Assembly (NCBI GenBank): GCA_003567625.1
Contig: PWZB01000181.1
Span: 1-52,470, forward strand
DNA: 52,470 bases
Reading direction: 5' to 3'
Origin: Bacteroidales bacterium
GTDB taxonomy: Bacteria > Bacteroidota > Bacteroidia > Bacteroidales > UBA7960
This document shows, piece after piece, positions 1 to 9,935 of this stretch (within the stretch, counting starts at the first letter, position 1; each line of letters starts with the position of its first letter). The translations under genes and the position numbers were made by a program. The notes beneath the pieces were generated by a model that was not told the origin of the DNA, made no database searches, and saw nothing but the letters and a program-made list of their open reading frames with translations.

Positions 1-157
1 GTGCAATTTTCAGCTCTTTTACGATATCACAACTGTAACAACAGGTATTCATTCCTGACAATTTCTTAATAATATAAACCCTGACAGGATGACTCAATGC
101 CTTGGCAAATTTTGATATACGCATAATATCATTGCTGTATTTGAATTTTTCAGACAT
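1..157 (-). CDS. ArsR/SmtB family transcriptional regulator, 5' part only (runs off the window start)
   Basis: Not in the ORF track. Manual translation from ATG at 157 gives MSEKFKYSNDIMRISKFAKALSHPVRVYIIKKLSGMNTCCYSCDIVKELKIA, with the ArsR KALxHPxR motif and a Cys cluster before the HTH. Confidence 0.85.
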   Translation of the reverse strand, partial: MSEKFKYSNDIMRISKFAKALSHPVRVYIIKKLSGMNTCCYSCDIVKELKIA

Positions 158-192
158 GTTCTTAGATTTGTTAACGACAAAATTACAAAATC

Positions 193-220
193 ATTTCGTT
201 ATTTTGCAAAACTACGAAAT
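193..220. promoter_or_regulatory. Imperfect palindrome, putative autoregulatory operator of the ArsR gene
   Basis: ATTTCGTtaTTTTGCAAAActACGAAAT is 24/28 self-complementary and lies about 35 bp upstream of the ArsR start codon. Confidence 0.55.
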
Positions 221-589
221 AATATTTTGCAAAAAACCGTGATTTCACCAAAATATTTACCACGCAATTCCTGCTTTTTTTAAAAACAGACAAATCAGGT
301 TATGTTTAATACATAATTTCCGATAGCCAAAGTTGCCGTCATCATCTTATTTTAGGGAGATTCAATTTTTCAGCAAGAAAATTACCTAAAAAATTATCGG
401 TTATTATTGTTGCAGTGAGGTGTTAAATGGAAATTCAAAAAAATATCTCGCAGGGTAAATCAGTGAAACCCGGGATAACTGATATTTTTGGTATATTTTC
501 GGTGGACTCAAAAAAGATAAGAATGAAATGAAGTTCAAAAAGCTAATTACACTAAAATATTTTATAGAATAATCACCATCTTTGCACTC

Positions 590-1672
590 ATGCACAATCA
601 GATTAAAAAACAAGACATACGCAAACTGACCCGGGAGCAGTTAGCCGGATTTTTTCGCAAATCGGGCAAGAGTTCATTCAAAGGGAAACAGGTATGGGAG
701 TGGTTGTGGAAAAAACACGTTCTTGATTTTGATGATATGACAAACATCTCGCTCAATGAGCGAAATTTGCTGAAGGAGAACTTCCTTGTAAAACATACAA
801 ATATCAAAGATTACCTGGTCAGCAAAGATCAAACTATTAAAGCCGCTTTTCTGCTTTATGACGGTCAATCAGTTGAGGGGGTATTAATACCTGTCGGCGG
901 TCGAATAACAGCGTGCATCTCTTCGCAGGCAGGATGCTCATACAGTTGTGTTTTTTGTGCAACCGGTCAGATGGGGTTTATCAGAAACCTTGGTTATGCA
1001 GAAATATATGACCAGGTGGTCAGGCTCACAAGCCTTTCAGTTGAGAAATACAATAAAGGGCTCAGCAACATTGTTTTTATGGGCATGGGCGAACCTCTTG
1101 CGAATTACAGTAACGTTATCAGTGCCGTCAATCTTATATGTCATAAAAACGCCCTGTCCATGTCTCCCTCCCGTATTACCCTGTCAACGGCAGGTATAGT
1201 AAAAGGAATTAATAAACTGGCACAGGATAAGGTAAAGTTCAACCTCGCAGTATCATTGCATTCGGCTGAAAACGATAAAAGATCCCGGCTGATGCCCCTG
1301 AACAAAAAAAACAACCTTCAGGACCTGGCATCATCTCTAAAAAACTTTTACCGGGCAACAAACAAAAGGATAACAATAGAATACCTGTTGATTGATAATT
1401 TTAATGATTCGCCCGATGATGCAACCGCACTTGCAAAATATTGCAAACAATTTCCCGCAAAAATTAATATCATTGAGTATAACCCGGTGAAAAACAAACC
1501 TTTCAATAAACCATCAAAAAATAAAATTGAAATGTTCATAAAAACCCTGGAGAAATTCAATCTGATCATTAATATTCGTAAAAGCAGGGGTAGCGATGTA
1601 AATGCAGCGTGCGGGCAATTGGCAATACAGGGGTTGTTCAATTCCGAACAAATTATCACAAGTAATGAGTAA
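590..1672 (+). CDS. rlmN: 23S rRNA (A2503-C2)/tRNA methyltransferase RlmN (radical SAM)
   Basis: CISSQAGCSYSCVFCATG (CxxxCxxC), VFMGMGEP and the C-terminal AACGQL motif. Confidence 0.95.
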   Translation: MHNQIKKQDIRKLTREQLAGFFRKSGKSSFKGKQVWEWLWKKHVLDFDDMTNISLNERNLLKENFLVKHTNIKDYLVSKDQTIKAAFLLYDGQSVEGVLIPVGGRITACISSQAGCSYSCVFCATGQMGFIRNLGYAEIYDQVVRLTSLSVEKYNKGLSNIVFMGMGEPLANYSNVISAVNLICHKNALSMSPSRITLSTAGIVKGINKLAQDKVKFNLAVSLHSAENDKRSRLMPLNKKNNLQDLASSLKNFYRATNKRITIEYLLIDNFNDSPDDATALAKYCKQFPAKINIIEYNPVKNKPFNKPSKNKIEMFIKTLEKFNLIINIRKSRGSDVNAACGQLAIQGLFNSEQIITSNE

Positions 1673-1799
1673 TGAGTGATTGGTGACGGATGGGAAGTTT
1701 TTTATAAAAATTAAATTGCCGGTTATGTTATTTATCTCATTAAAAAATTATAATTTTACATTGTAAAAATAAAACAACATATAAGTGATTTTAGCAAAC

Positions 1800-2465
1800 A
1801 TGCTGGTAAAATATCTCATAAACGACTCCGTCATCCCATTGAGAACATCCGACACGGCGGTTACTGCGCTAAGTTTGATGGAAGATTTAAGGGTGTCACA
1901 TCTTCCTATAGTAAACAACAAGAATTTTCTTGGCCTTATTTCCGACACAGACATATATGACCTCAACAAGCCTGATGAACCCCTGGGAAACCACAAATTA
2001 TCACTTATAAGGCCTTATCTGTTGTACAGCCAGCACTTCTACGATGCTATTAAACTGGTTGCGGAACAAAAGCTCACAATCATACCCGTACTCGACAATA
2101 ACAATAATTATCTCGGGTGTATAACTCTTTTCGGGCTAACCGAAAAGATGGCCAAAATAATCTCTTTTGACCAGCCGGGCGGAATAATAGTAATTCAGGT
2201 TAACAGTATTGACTACTCGCTAAGCGAAATCTCAAGAATCGTCGAATCAAATGATGCAAAAATTCTAAGCAGCTATATTACTTCGTTTGAAGATACCACC
2301 AAATTTGAAGTAACAATAAAAGTTAATAAAATTGATATCTCTCCTATAATACAAACCTTTAACCGCTATGATTATATAATTACTGCAACTTTTTCGGAAG
2401 AAAGCGATTATGATGACCTGCTCAATGACCGTTATAACCAGTTGATGAAATACCTGGATCTCTGA
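1800..2465 (+). CDS. CBS-pair domain protein with C-terminal ACT-like domain (AcuB-like)
   Basis: Two CBS motifs (VSHLPIV, LTIIPVLD) and a C-terminal YSLSEISRIVESN segment. ATG at 1800 is preferred over the track's GTG at 1785. Confidence 0.8.
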   Translation: MLVKYLINDSVIPLRTSDTAVTALSLMEDLRVSHLPIVNNKNFLGLISDTDIYDLNKPDEPLGNHKLSLIRPYLLYSQHFYDAIKLVAEQKLTIIPVLDNNNNYLGCITLFGLTEKMAKIISFDQPGGIIVIQVNSIDYSLSEISRIVESNDAKILSSYITSFEDTTKFEVTIKVNKIDISPIIQTFNRYDYIITATFSEESDYDDLLNDRYNQLMKYLDL

Positions 2466-2491
2466 TATACAATTGAGTTGATATTTTATAG

Positions 2492-3475
2492 TTAACTAAT
2501 ATAGCCGTATTGTTTAAACCAATCTAAGCAATCTTCAACAGCTTTACTAACCGGTGTCTGCGGCATATCAAGTTCTTTTACGGCTTTCTGAGGGGAATAA
2601 TAGTTCTTTATAAACATGATTCGTGTATTTACCCTGTTAAAAGGGTTATTAAAGCCCATCACAGCAAAAAAGCTCCCGATATTTCCGGCTAAAACAAAAA
2701 CAGGTGATGGGACCTTAACAAACAACTTTTTGTTTCCTGTTACCTGTTCTATAAGTTTAAAGAATTCAAAATAGCTCATATTTTCTCCTGCCAGAAGATA
2801 ACATTCACCATTTCTGCCTTTATCAATGGCATTGCATGCAGCCACGGCAACATCACCGGCATGTACGAAGTTTTTGCCTCCCGGGGGAACCGGTATTACT
2901 TTTCTCTTATAGCCCAGCAATACAAGTTTGCCGGAGCTTGGCTTAGCATCGCGCCGGCCAATCATAAAGGTTGGGTTAACAACTACTATTTCGGGTTTGG
3001 CATTTTCGGCATATTTTAGTACGGCATATTGTCCCGCTTGCTTGCTTACAGCATAATTTGACACCGTAAAAGGGAACCTGGGCGGTAAATTTTCCGTACC
3101 GGGATCTTCAATGCTCCCGTGTCCGAAAGCATTGGCTGAACTTACATAAACTACCCTTTTAACGTCATTTTCTTTGGCAACTTTCATAACCGTTTCAGTT
3201 GCATGAACATTAACCGGCAGGTAATCTTCAAAAGAGCCATGATGCTGGCTGGTATCAGCCGCGGCATGAACAACAATTCCACAACCTTTAACTGCCCGTT
3301 CAACATCCCGGTAACTGGTAATGTCACCATAAACTTTTTCAAATTCAATACCCCGGAGCGAAAGCAAATTGCTCGTCCGGCGAACCATGCCCCTGACAGC
3401 AAATTTCCTTTTTGTAAGTTCAAATATTATATTGGATGCCAGCAGCCCATTGGCTCCCGTCACTAATACCTTCAT
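2492..3475 (-). CDS. NAD-dependent epimerase/dehydratase (dihydroflavonol reductase/HpnA-like extended SDR)
   Basis: VLVTGANGLLA Rossmann motif, HAAA, YAVSK (YxxxK), VNPT and NFVHAGDVA. Confidence 0.85.
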   Translation of the reverse strand: MKVLVTGANGLLASNIIFELTKRKFAVRGMVRRTSNLLSLRGIEFEKVYGDITSYRDVERAVKGCGIVVHAAADTSQHHGSFEDYLPVNVHATETVMKVAKENDVKRVVYVSSANAFGHGSIEDPGTENLPPRFPFTVSNYAVSKQAGQYAVLKYAENAKPEIVVVNPTFMIGRRDAKPSSGKLVLLGYKRKVIPVPPGGKNFVHAGDVAVAACNAIDKGRNGECYLLAGENMSYFEFFKLIEQVTGNKKLFVKVPSPVFVLAGNIGSFFAVMGFNNPFNRVNTRIMFIKNYYSPQKAVKELDMPQTPVSKAVEDCLDWFKQYGYIS

Positions 3476-3489
3476 AACGACTGGCCTTA

Positions 3490-4296
3490 TTATTGCTGTG
3501 TTTGAATTTCGCGTCTTACCTTATTCGAAAGAACTGATGTTTTTATTGAGTCAGGTAAGGCTTTAAGTAAAAACCAATTTATGTAGTTGCCAAATCCCGG
3601 AACAATTACCGGCTTGCGTTTAAACATTCTGCGTACCGCTGTGGCTGCTACCTCTTCGACAGAACACAATCCCATCTTTCCAAAAAAACCCTGCCTTCTG
3701 ATCCGTTTCCTTACATCAACATTCGTCCTCATAGGCCCCGGATGCAAAACACTAACCGAAATACCGCTTCCCTTCAGTTCCTCATTCAACCCTCTCGAAA
3801 AATAATAAATAAATGACTTGGATGCAGGATATATGGTCTTATATCCAATCGGGCTAAATGATAACATACTCGAAACATTAAGAACATAAGCATTATGATG
3901 TGTTCTTAACCCCGGAAGCAACTGGCGGGTTAATAAAACCAGCGCCCTGATATTTAAATTAATAATGTTTTCCAGGTAATCAATACCCGACTTATCAAAA
4001 ACCATGGTACCCCCAACTCCCGCATTATTTATCAAAATATCCACTTTATAGTTTGCCGACACCCAGCCGGTTATCCTTGATATATCCTCTTTCTTTGTCA
4101 GATCAGCCTCCAGGTAATCAGATTTAACCCCAAACTCATCTTTGATCTGTTCGCACAAATAACTCAAACCTTCACCAGGCAACGAAATAAGTAAGACGTT
4201 AATTTTTCTGCCGGCAAGTTCAAAAGCCAATGCTTTACCCAAACCCTTGCTTGCTCCCGTAATTAAAGCGTAAACGCTTTCCGGACCATCCATCAT
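3490..4296 (-). CDS. Classical SDR family oxidoreductase
   Basis: ALITGASKGLG, LINNAG, NVSS, catalytic YPASK and HPGPMRT. Confidence 0.88.
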   Translation of the reverse strand: MMDGPESVYALITGASKGLGKALAFELAGRKINVLLISLPGEGLSYLCEQIKDEFGVKSDYLEADLTKKEDISRITGWVSANYKVDILINNAGVGGTMVFDKSGIDYLENIINLNIRALVLLTRQLLPGLRTHHNAYVLNVSSMLSFSPIGYKTIYPASKSFIYYFSRGLNEELKGSGISVSVLHPGPMRTNVDVRKRIRRQGFFGKMGLCSVEEVAATAVRRMFKRKPVIVPGFGNYINWFLLKALPDSIKTSVLSNKVRREIQTQQ

Positions 4297-5028
4297 AAAC
4301 TATTCTTATATGAAGTTCTTCAATACAAATTATATTTTTACGGTAATTACAAACTAAACAAAACATGTAAGATAAATATCCTCTAAAAAGGGAAAAGGCA
4401 AAAAACTATCCCCACCCTGCTTCAATATTTTTACTAAATCTCCCCGGCAAATATTAAATATAAGTTTCAAATAAATTAAAAATTGAACTTTCAGACAAAA
4501 ATACACAATCTTTATAATGAATAAAAGAGAAAAAAGAAAAAATATAACTCATTATAACCAGGAGTACAAAACTGCCGCAGCCAAAAAAATTAAATGAAAT
4601 GAAATTATAGATGTAAAAACATGATTTGGCATTTTGAAAATTGATAGTATGAGTAGCCGAAACCAAAAAATTTTTGCCCTTTCAAACATTATAACAACAA
4701 TCTTCAAATAATCTAAAGCTATAAAAAATAACAAAAAACCTCATTACGCCTGGCCCTGATTTTAATATTGCGCGGAATTTTTCCATGTAAAGACAACAAA
4801 GTAAAATATTTACAACCTAAATTGTTTTGAGTTTTTATCTGACATACTGATATTAAGTGTTTTTACCTTGTTTCGGTTAAGTTTTATTTTAGATTTTAGG
4901 GCTTATAATAATGCAAAAGAAAATAAAAGATATGATCTCCATATTATTTTATTAATAAAAATTGGGATAATTTCCTGATAAAATTATAAATTCGCTGGTT
5001 GATTTCAATTAATAAACATTACACAAAA

Positions 5029-5103
5029 ATGATCTATTATTTATATAGTTTTATTAACTTCCTTTACATCAATATTAAACGCAGGGACTCTTACTTCTTT
5101 TAA
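5029..5103 (+). CDS. Putative 24-aa leader peptide upstream of tryptophanase
   Basis: ATG 5029 to TAA 5103 reads MIYYLYSFINFLYINIKRRDSYFF. The start context is A-rich (ACACAAAAATG) and the ORF ends 70 bp before tnaA. Confidence 0.3.
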   Translation: MIYYLYSFINFLYINIKRRDSYFF

Positions 5104-5173
5104 TACTATCAGACTGTTGAATATATTATTTATTTGATCAAAAATCATTTTAATTTCATTTAAAAAAAATATT

Positions 5174-6550
5174 ATGGAATTGCCGTATGCTGAACCGTAT
5201 AAGATAAAAGTAATAGAATCCATTCGCAGGAGCACATTTTTGGAACGTGAAAAATGGATTAAAGATTCAGGATATAATCTTTTTAAGCTTCGTAGCGACC
5301 AGGTTTTCATTGACCTGTTAACCGACAGTGGTACGGGTGCAATGAGTGATGAGCAATGGTCTGAAATAATGAAGGGGGATGAAAGCTATGCTGGTTCTGA
5401 ATCATATTTTAAGCTGTTTGATGCTGTTAACGGATTGCTGGGTATGCCCTGTTTTTTGCCTGCACATCAGGGCAGGGCGGCTGAAAATGTTTTATTTTCT
5501 GCACTTATCAAAGCCGGTGATATAATTCCGGGCAACTCACATTTCGATACTACCAAAGGCCATATAGAGTTTCGCAAAGCGACTGCAATTGATTGCACAA
5601 TAGATGAGGCTTTTGACACATCAAGTTTTCATCCATTCAAAGGCAATGTTGATTTGCAAAAGCTTGAAGATATATTTAAAAAATATCCAAAAGAAAGGAT
5701 TCCTCTTTGCATAATCACAATAACGTGCAATACGTCGGGCGGGCAACCTGTTTCATTGAAAAACATAAAAGCAGTATCCGAATTATGTAAAAAATACGGT
5801 ATCAGGTTGTTTTTCGATGCTGCCAGGTTTGCTGAAAATTCATATTTTATAAAAAAAAGGGAAGAGGAATATAAAGATGTATGCATCAGAGATATTGTAA
5901 AAGAGATGTTTTCATACGTTGATGGTGCTACTATGAGCAGTAAAAAAGACGCTATAGTAAATATCGGAGGATTTATTGCTTTACGCGAAAAGGAGTTATA
6001 CGACAAAACTATTGTTTATAGCATATTGTATGAAGGATATCTAACATATGGGGGTATGGCAGGCAGGGATATGGCTGCATTGGCACAGGGGCTCAGGGAA
6101 GGAACAGATTTTCACTATCTTGAATCCAGGATAGAACAGGTTGCCTATTTAAGCCGGAAGCTAAAGGAATTTAATATTCCCGTTCAGGAACCCGCCGGAG
6201 GTCATGCAGTATTCGTGGATGCCAGACGCTTTTTATCCATACTGCCAAAAGAGCAATTCCGGGCTCAAACCCTGGCTATAGAACTTTATAAAGAAGGAGG
6301 GGTAAGAGGTGTTGAGATAGGAACATTGTTAGCTGACCGCGACCCCGAAACCAGAAAAAACCGTTACCCGAAACTGGAACTGCTGAGGCTGGCAATACCC
6401 AGAAGAGTTTATACCAACAATCATATGGACTATGTGGCAACTTGCCTGGCTAATATATACGAAAGACGAAATGAAATAACCACAGGATATAAAATAGTTA
6501 AAGAAGCTCCAATTATGAGACACTTTACAGTTGAACTGGAAAAAATATAA
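5174..6550 (+). CDS. tnaA: Tryptophanase (PLP-dependent beta-eliminating lyase)
   Basis: IDLLTDSGT, HQGRAAE and PLP lysine motif MSSKKD. It has tryptophanase-type residues FDTT, EIG and RHFT rather than tyrosine phenol-lyase FTTT, ERG and RFFT. Confidence 0.88.
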   Translation: MELPYAEPYKIKVIESIRRSTFLEREKWIKDSGYNLFKLRSDQVFIDLLTDSGTGAMSDEQWSEIMKGDESYAGSESYFKLFDAVNGLLGMPCFLPAHQGRAAENVLFSALIKAGDIIPGNSHFDTTKGHIEFRKATAIDCTIDEAFDTSSFHPFKGNVDLQKLEDIFKKYPKERIPLCIITITCNTSGGQPVSLKNIKAVSELCKKYGIRLFFDAARFAENSYFIKKREEEYKDVCIRDIVKEMFSYVDGATMSSKKDAIVNIGGFIALREKELYDKTIVYSILYEGYLTYGGMAGRDMAALAQGLREGTDFHYLESRIEQVAYLSRKLKEFNIPVQEPAGGHAVFVDARRFLSILPKEQFRAQTLAIELYKEGGVRGVEIGTLLADRDPETRKNRYPKLELLRLAIPRRVYTNNHMDYVATCLANIYERRNEITTGYKIVKEAPIMRHFTVELEKI

Positions 6551-6752
6551 AAAAGCATAATTCTGTTTTTTACAACAGATAACCCACAGAAAACAGAAGC
6601 TGAAAAGGTTTTCTGGCTTCAATTATACATACTAAACACATTACAAGCATAACGGAGAAAAATTAAAAATTTTTTTGTTTTTTTCATATCTTTACATATT
6701 GGCAAAAGCAAAAAATAATTTGTGTTTTTACTGCTATTAAAAAAAAGAAACT

Positions 6753-7310
6753 TTGGAACTAATTACTATTTTGATCCTTTCACTCGGCCTGTCAATGGAT
6801 TGTTTCGGCGTTTCCATCATAAATGGCATGGCTCCCGAAACATTACAACCGGGCACAAAGCTTAAAGTGGCTTTATCTTTTGCCATAGCGCATGGCATTA
6901 TGATCATGGCAGGGTTTTACCTCGGGGGGACTATTGAATCGCTTGTGAAAAACATAGATCACTGGATTGCTTTTTTAATATTGAGTTTCGTGGGATTAAA
7001 AATGATTGTCACCAGCATCAGGTCAAATCCTCTTACAAAAGCTTTTGACATCAATAAGACCGGGGTGATTTTAAGTTTATCCGTCGCTACCAGTATAGAT
7101 GCACTGATCGCAGGTACCAGCATACCGTTTTTGCATTACCGGATCGGCTTGACAGCTCTCATTTTAACAGTAGTTGTTTTTATAATTACATTTATAGGTA
7201 TTCATACAGGGCAAAAGATAGGGCTGCTTTTTGGAAAAAGAGCCGGGGCTGTCGGCGGAATATTCCTTATTGCAATTGGAATAGCAAACCTCCTGCCGCT
7301 ATTAATATAA
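6753..7310 (+). CDS. mntP: Manganese efflux pump MntP family protein
   Basis: LSMDCFGVS, IDHWIAF and ATSIDAL motifs, about six hydrophobic segments, TTG start. Confidence 0.85.
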   Translation: MELITILILSLGLSMDCFGVSIINGMAPETLQPGTKLKVALSFAIAHGIMIMAGFYLGGTIESLVKNIDHWIAFLILSFVGLKMIVTSIRSNPLTKAFDINKTGVILSLSVATSIDALIAGTSIPFLHYRIGLTALILTVVVFIITFIGIHTGQKIGLLFGKRAGAVGGIFLIAIGIANLLPLLI

Positions 7311-7389
7311 TACTTAAATTTCTAAATTGAAATTTAACAAATAACAATAAAATAAGAATAACCAAATAACAAATTACAAATAACAAATT

Positions 7390-7633
7390 ACTGCCGAGCG
7401 GAGCGAGACAACGAACACATATAAAAAAATTAAACATTATGTGAGTAAATAATATCCAAATTTCAATTATTCAAATTCCAAACATATTTGTTTTGGTAAT
7501 TGAGATTTTGATAATTGAGATTTATTTGAAATTTGGGATTTGAGATTTGGGATTTATTTTGAGCTTGGGATTTGGTATTTACTCACAGAGTGTTTAATTA
7601 TATTGTGTTCGTTGTCTCGCTATGCTCGGCAGT
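7390..7633. mobile_element. MITE-like element with about 60-bp inverted arms around a heptamer-repeat core
   Basis: Left arm ACTGCCGAGCGGAGCGAGACAACGAACAC...TGTGAGTAAATA pairs with right arm TATTTACTCACA...GTGTTCGTTGTCTCGCTATGCTCGGCAGT. AATT flanks both sides (7386-7389, 7634-7637). The interior has GAGATTT/GGGATTT heptamers. Confidence 0.7.
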
Positions 7634-7676
7634 AATTTTTTATGATTCATTTTAAAATTTTAGGTAATAATTAATT

Positions 7677-8687
7677 CTAAACGACCATAAGATTGCATCC
7701 CCTCATTTCACTATGGTCCATACGCCCCAATACTTCAAAGGTCTGATCGGGGTTTTGTTTTCCCAGATCATGTGTAGCTAAAAAAGAGCATGAAAAAACA
7801 TTAGCAAGGTCAATCACATTTATTACACCGGTACGCCCGGGCACAACATCAGAAAAAGGATCGTTAATATCTCTAAAGACCACTTTCATCCATGGCGGCG
7901 TTTTAAATTTACCATTATTTAATGCATAAGCCTGAGACAATAACTCTGTCATACCATACTCTGAATGAATTTCATCAACACCAAAAGCGCAAAGAAGTTT
8001 ATCGTGAAGTTCTTCACGTACCATCTCTTTTCTCATACCTTTCATACCGCCTGTTTCCATAACAACAGTGTTTTTCAGCTGTAAAGGGTATTTCCCGGCA
8101 AAATCCAGCAATGCATAACTCACACCTGTTAATAATATTTTTTCTCCCCGTGTTATCAAACTTTCAAGCCTTTCTTTCAATGCTTTGTGATTGTGCAGGT
8201 AAAACCCGTTGTCTTTATGGCTACTGCTTTGCATCAGCCTGTCGATCATATACACCAGTGACGAATTAACTCTTTCCACATAACCAGGCAACAACGCCAG
8301 TATACAATACCCGGAAGGATCACCGTAAAAAAGCCTGAAACACCTGGTTATACTTTTATTATATATTCCCGAATATTTTATATAGTGTTTTGAAGCAACA
8401 GCCGACGTAGTTGTACTGCTGTGAAAGCACAATTCCGGCTTTCCGGATCCACATATTAATTTATGGTTACGAAAAAAATCTGCAGGAATAAAGGGTATAT
8501 CCTCAAGGTTTTGAATATTACCGGGAATACGATGCAATATATCACAAAACTTTTTGTAAACAGGGCAATTGTGATATTGATAATTAAAAACAGAAAGAGA
8601 AACTTTTTCAAAATCATGAAAATCCTTTATTCCAAATATACATTCAACAAGTTCTTCGATATCCATTTTCTCTATTTGTCGGATCAT
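7677..8687 (-). CDS. LuxE/PaaK-like acyl-protein synthetase (ANL superfamily)
   Basis: FHSSTTT P-loop-like motif, METGGMKG, IHSEYGMTELLSQAY, DLG and RGCNL. Confidence 0.85.
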   Translation of the reverse strand: MIRQIEKMDIEELVECIFGIKDFHDFEKVSLSVFNYQYHNCPVYKKFCDILHRIPGNIQNLEDIPFIPADFFRNHKLICGSGKPELCFHSSTTTSAVASKHYIKYSGIYNKSITRCFRLFYGDPSGYCILALLPGYVERVNSSLVYMIDRLMQSSSHKDNGFYLHNHKALKERLESLITRGEKILLTGVSYALLDFAGKYPLQLKNTVVMETGGMKGMRKEMVREELHDKLLCAFGVDEIHSEYGMTELLSQAYALNNGKFKTPPWMKVVFRDINDPFSDVVPGRTGVINVIDLANVFSCSFLATHDLGKQNPDQTFEVLGRMDHSEMRGCNLMVV

Positions 8688-8887
8688 TTTGCATGCGTGA
8701 ATTTAAGGTTTTTTACTTTATTTATTTCGAATCTGTTTTTTATAATGTTGGAAAATTACAAAAATCTTTATTGATTAGTCAGAAAAAAGTTTAAAATTTT
8801 ACCAAAAACAAGATTACAAAAAGTAATAACATAAAAATAGTTCCTGGGGTTTTATTAATTTAGCAGAATCAATAGAATATTTCGGAC

Positions 8888-9913
8888 ATGAACAAGAACC
8901 TTGATCCCACATCGCAAAATCTCACTTTTGAAGAGAGGGAGTTTGAGAAGGCTTTACGCCCTGATACTTTCGGCAGTTTCACTGGTCAAAAGCAGGTCGT
9001 TGACAATCTTCGTGTATTTGTCAAAGCGGCCCGTCAGCGTAATGAAGCTCTCGACCATGTTTTATTGCATGGCCCGCCGGGGCTGGGTAAAACCACTCTT
9101 GCCCATATCATTGCCAATGAAATGAATGTAACGATAAAACACACATCCGGGCCTGTTCTGGACAAGCCCGGCGACCTTGCCGGATTACTTACCAACCTGG
9201 AAGCCAGTGATGTTTTGTTCATAGATGAAATACACCGCCTGAGCCCCGTCATAGAAGAATACCTTTACTCGGCTATGGAAGATTACCGCATTGACATAAT
9301 GATAGAAAGCGGCCCTAACGCCAGAAGTGTCGAAATAAAACTAAACCCTTTCACATTAATTGGCGCCACAACACGTTCGGGGCTTCTGACATCACCCCTT
9401 CGTGCACGATTCGGTATAACCTCAAGGCTCAATTATTACGATGCCGGCTTATTAAAAAAAATAATCACCAGGTCGGCTTCAATTCTCAAAGTCAATATCA
9501 GCGACAATGCTGCGGAAGAGGTATCACGCCGCAGCCGTGGCACCCCGCGAATTGCCAATGCTTTGCTCAGAAGAGTCCGTGATTTTGCACAAGTAAAAAA
9601 CAAAGGCAGCATTGACCTTGAAATATCACTTTTTGCCCTGAATGCCTTAAATGTTGACAAACACGGCCTTGATGAAATGGATAACAAAATATTAAACACC
9701 ATAATTGATAAATTTAAAGGAGGGCCGGTCGGGCTTAACACCATATCTACCGCCGTCGGTGAAGATCCCGGAACCATAGAAGAGGTTTACGAACCGTTCC
9801 TCATACAGGAAGGTTACCTGCAAAGAACTTCACGCGGTCGTGAAACTACTGAAAATGCTTACAAACACCTCGGAAAAACAAAACACCCGTCACAAAAATC
9901 TCTTTTCGACTAA
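8888..9913 (+). CDS. ruvB: Holliday junction branch migration helicase RuvB
   Basis: [33 protein letters not shown] and EPFL motifs. Confidence 0.97.
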   Translation: MNKNLDPTSQNLTFEEREFEKALRPDTFGSFTGQKQVVDNLRVFVKAARQRNEALDHVLLHGPPGLGKTTLAHIIANEMNVTIKHTSGPVLDKPGDLAGLLTNLEASDVLFIDEIHRLSPVIEEYLYSAMEDYRIDIMIESGPNARSVEIKLNPFTLIGATTRSGLLTSPLRARFGITSRLNYYDAGLLKKIITRSASILKVNISDNAAEEVSRRSRGTPRIANALLRRVRDFAQVKNKGSIDLEISLFALNALNVDKHGLDEMDNKILNTIIDKFKGGPVGLNTISTAVGEDPGTIEEVYEPFLIQEGYLQRTSRGRETTENAYKHLGKTKHPSQKSLFD

Positions 9914-9935
9914 TTTCCGGGAATATATTAAATAT

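Noticed and set aside
5174-6550. Tyrosine phenol-lyase call
   Set aside because: Specificity positions are tryptophanase-type (FDTT, EIG, RHFT).
6551-6752. yybP-ykoY Mn2+ riboswitch upstream of mntP
   Set aside because: No recognisable GGGGAGUA-type motif or GC-rich four-way junction; only AT-rich sequence and weak hairpins after tnaA.
7677-8687. Bioluminescence (lux) system
   Set aside because: Only a LuxE-like gene is present, with no luxAB, luxC or luxD. Stand-alone homologs are common in Bacteroidota.
9840-9935. Overlapping N-terminal extension of QueG into ruvB
   Set aside because: An in-frame ATG at 9936 gives a normal-length protein without overlap.
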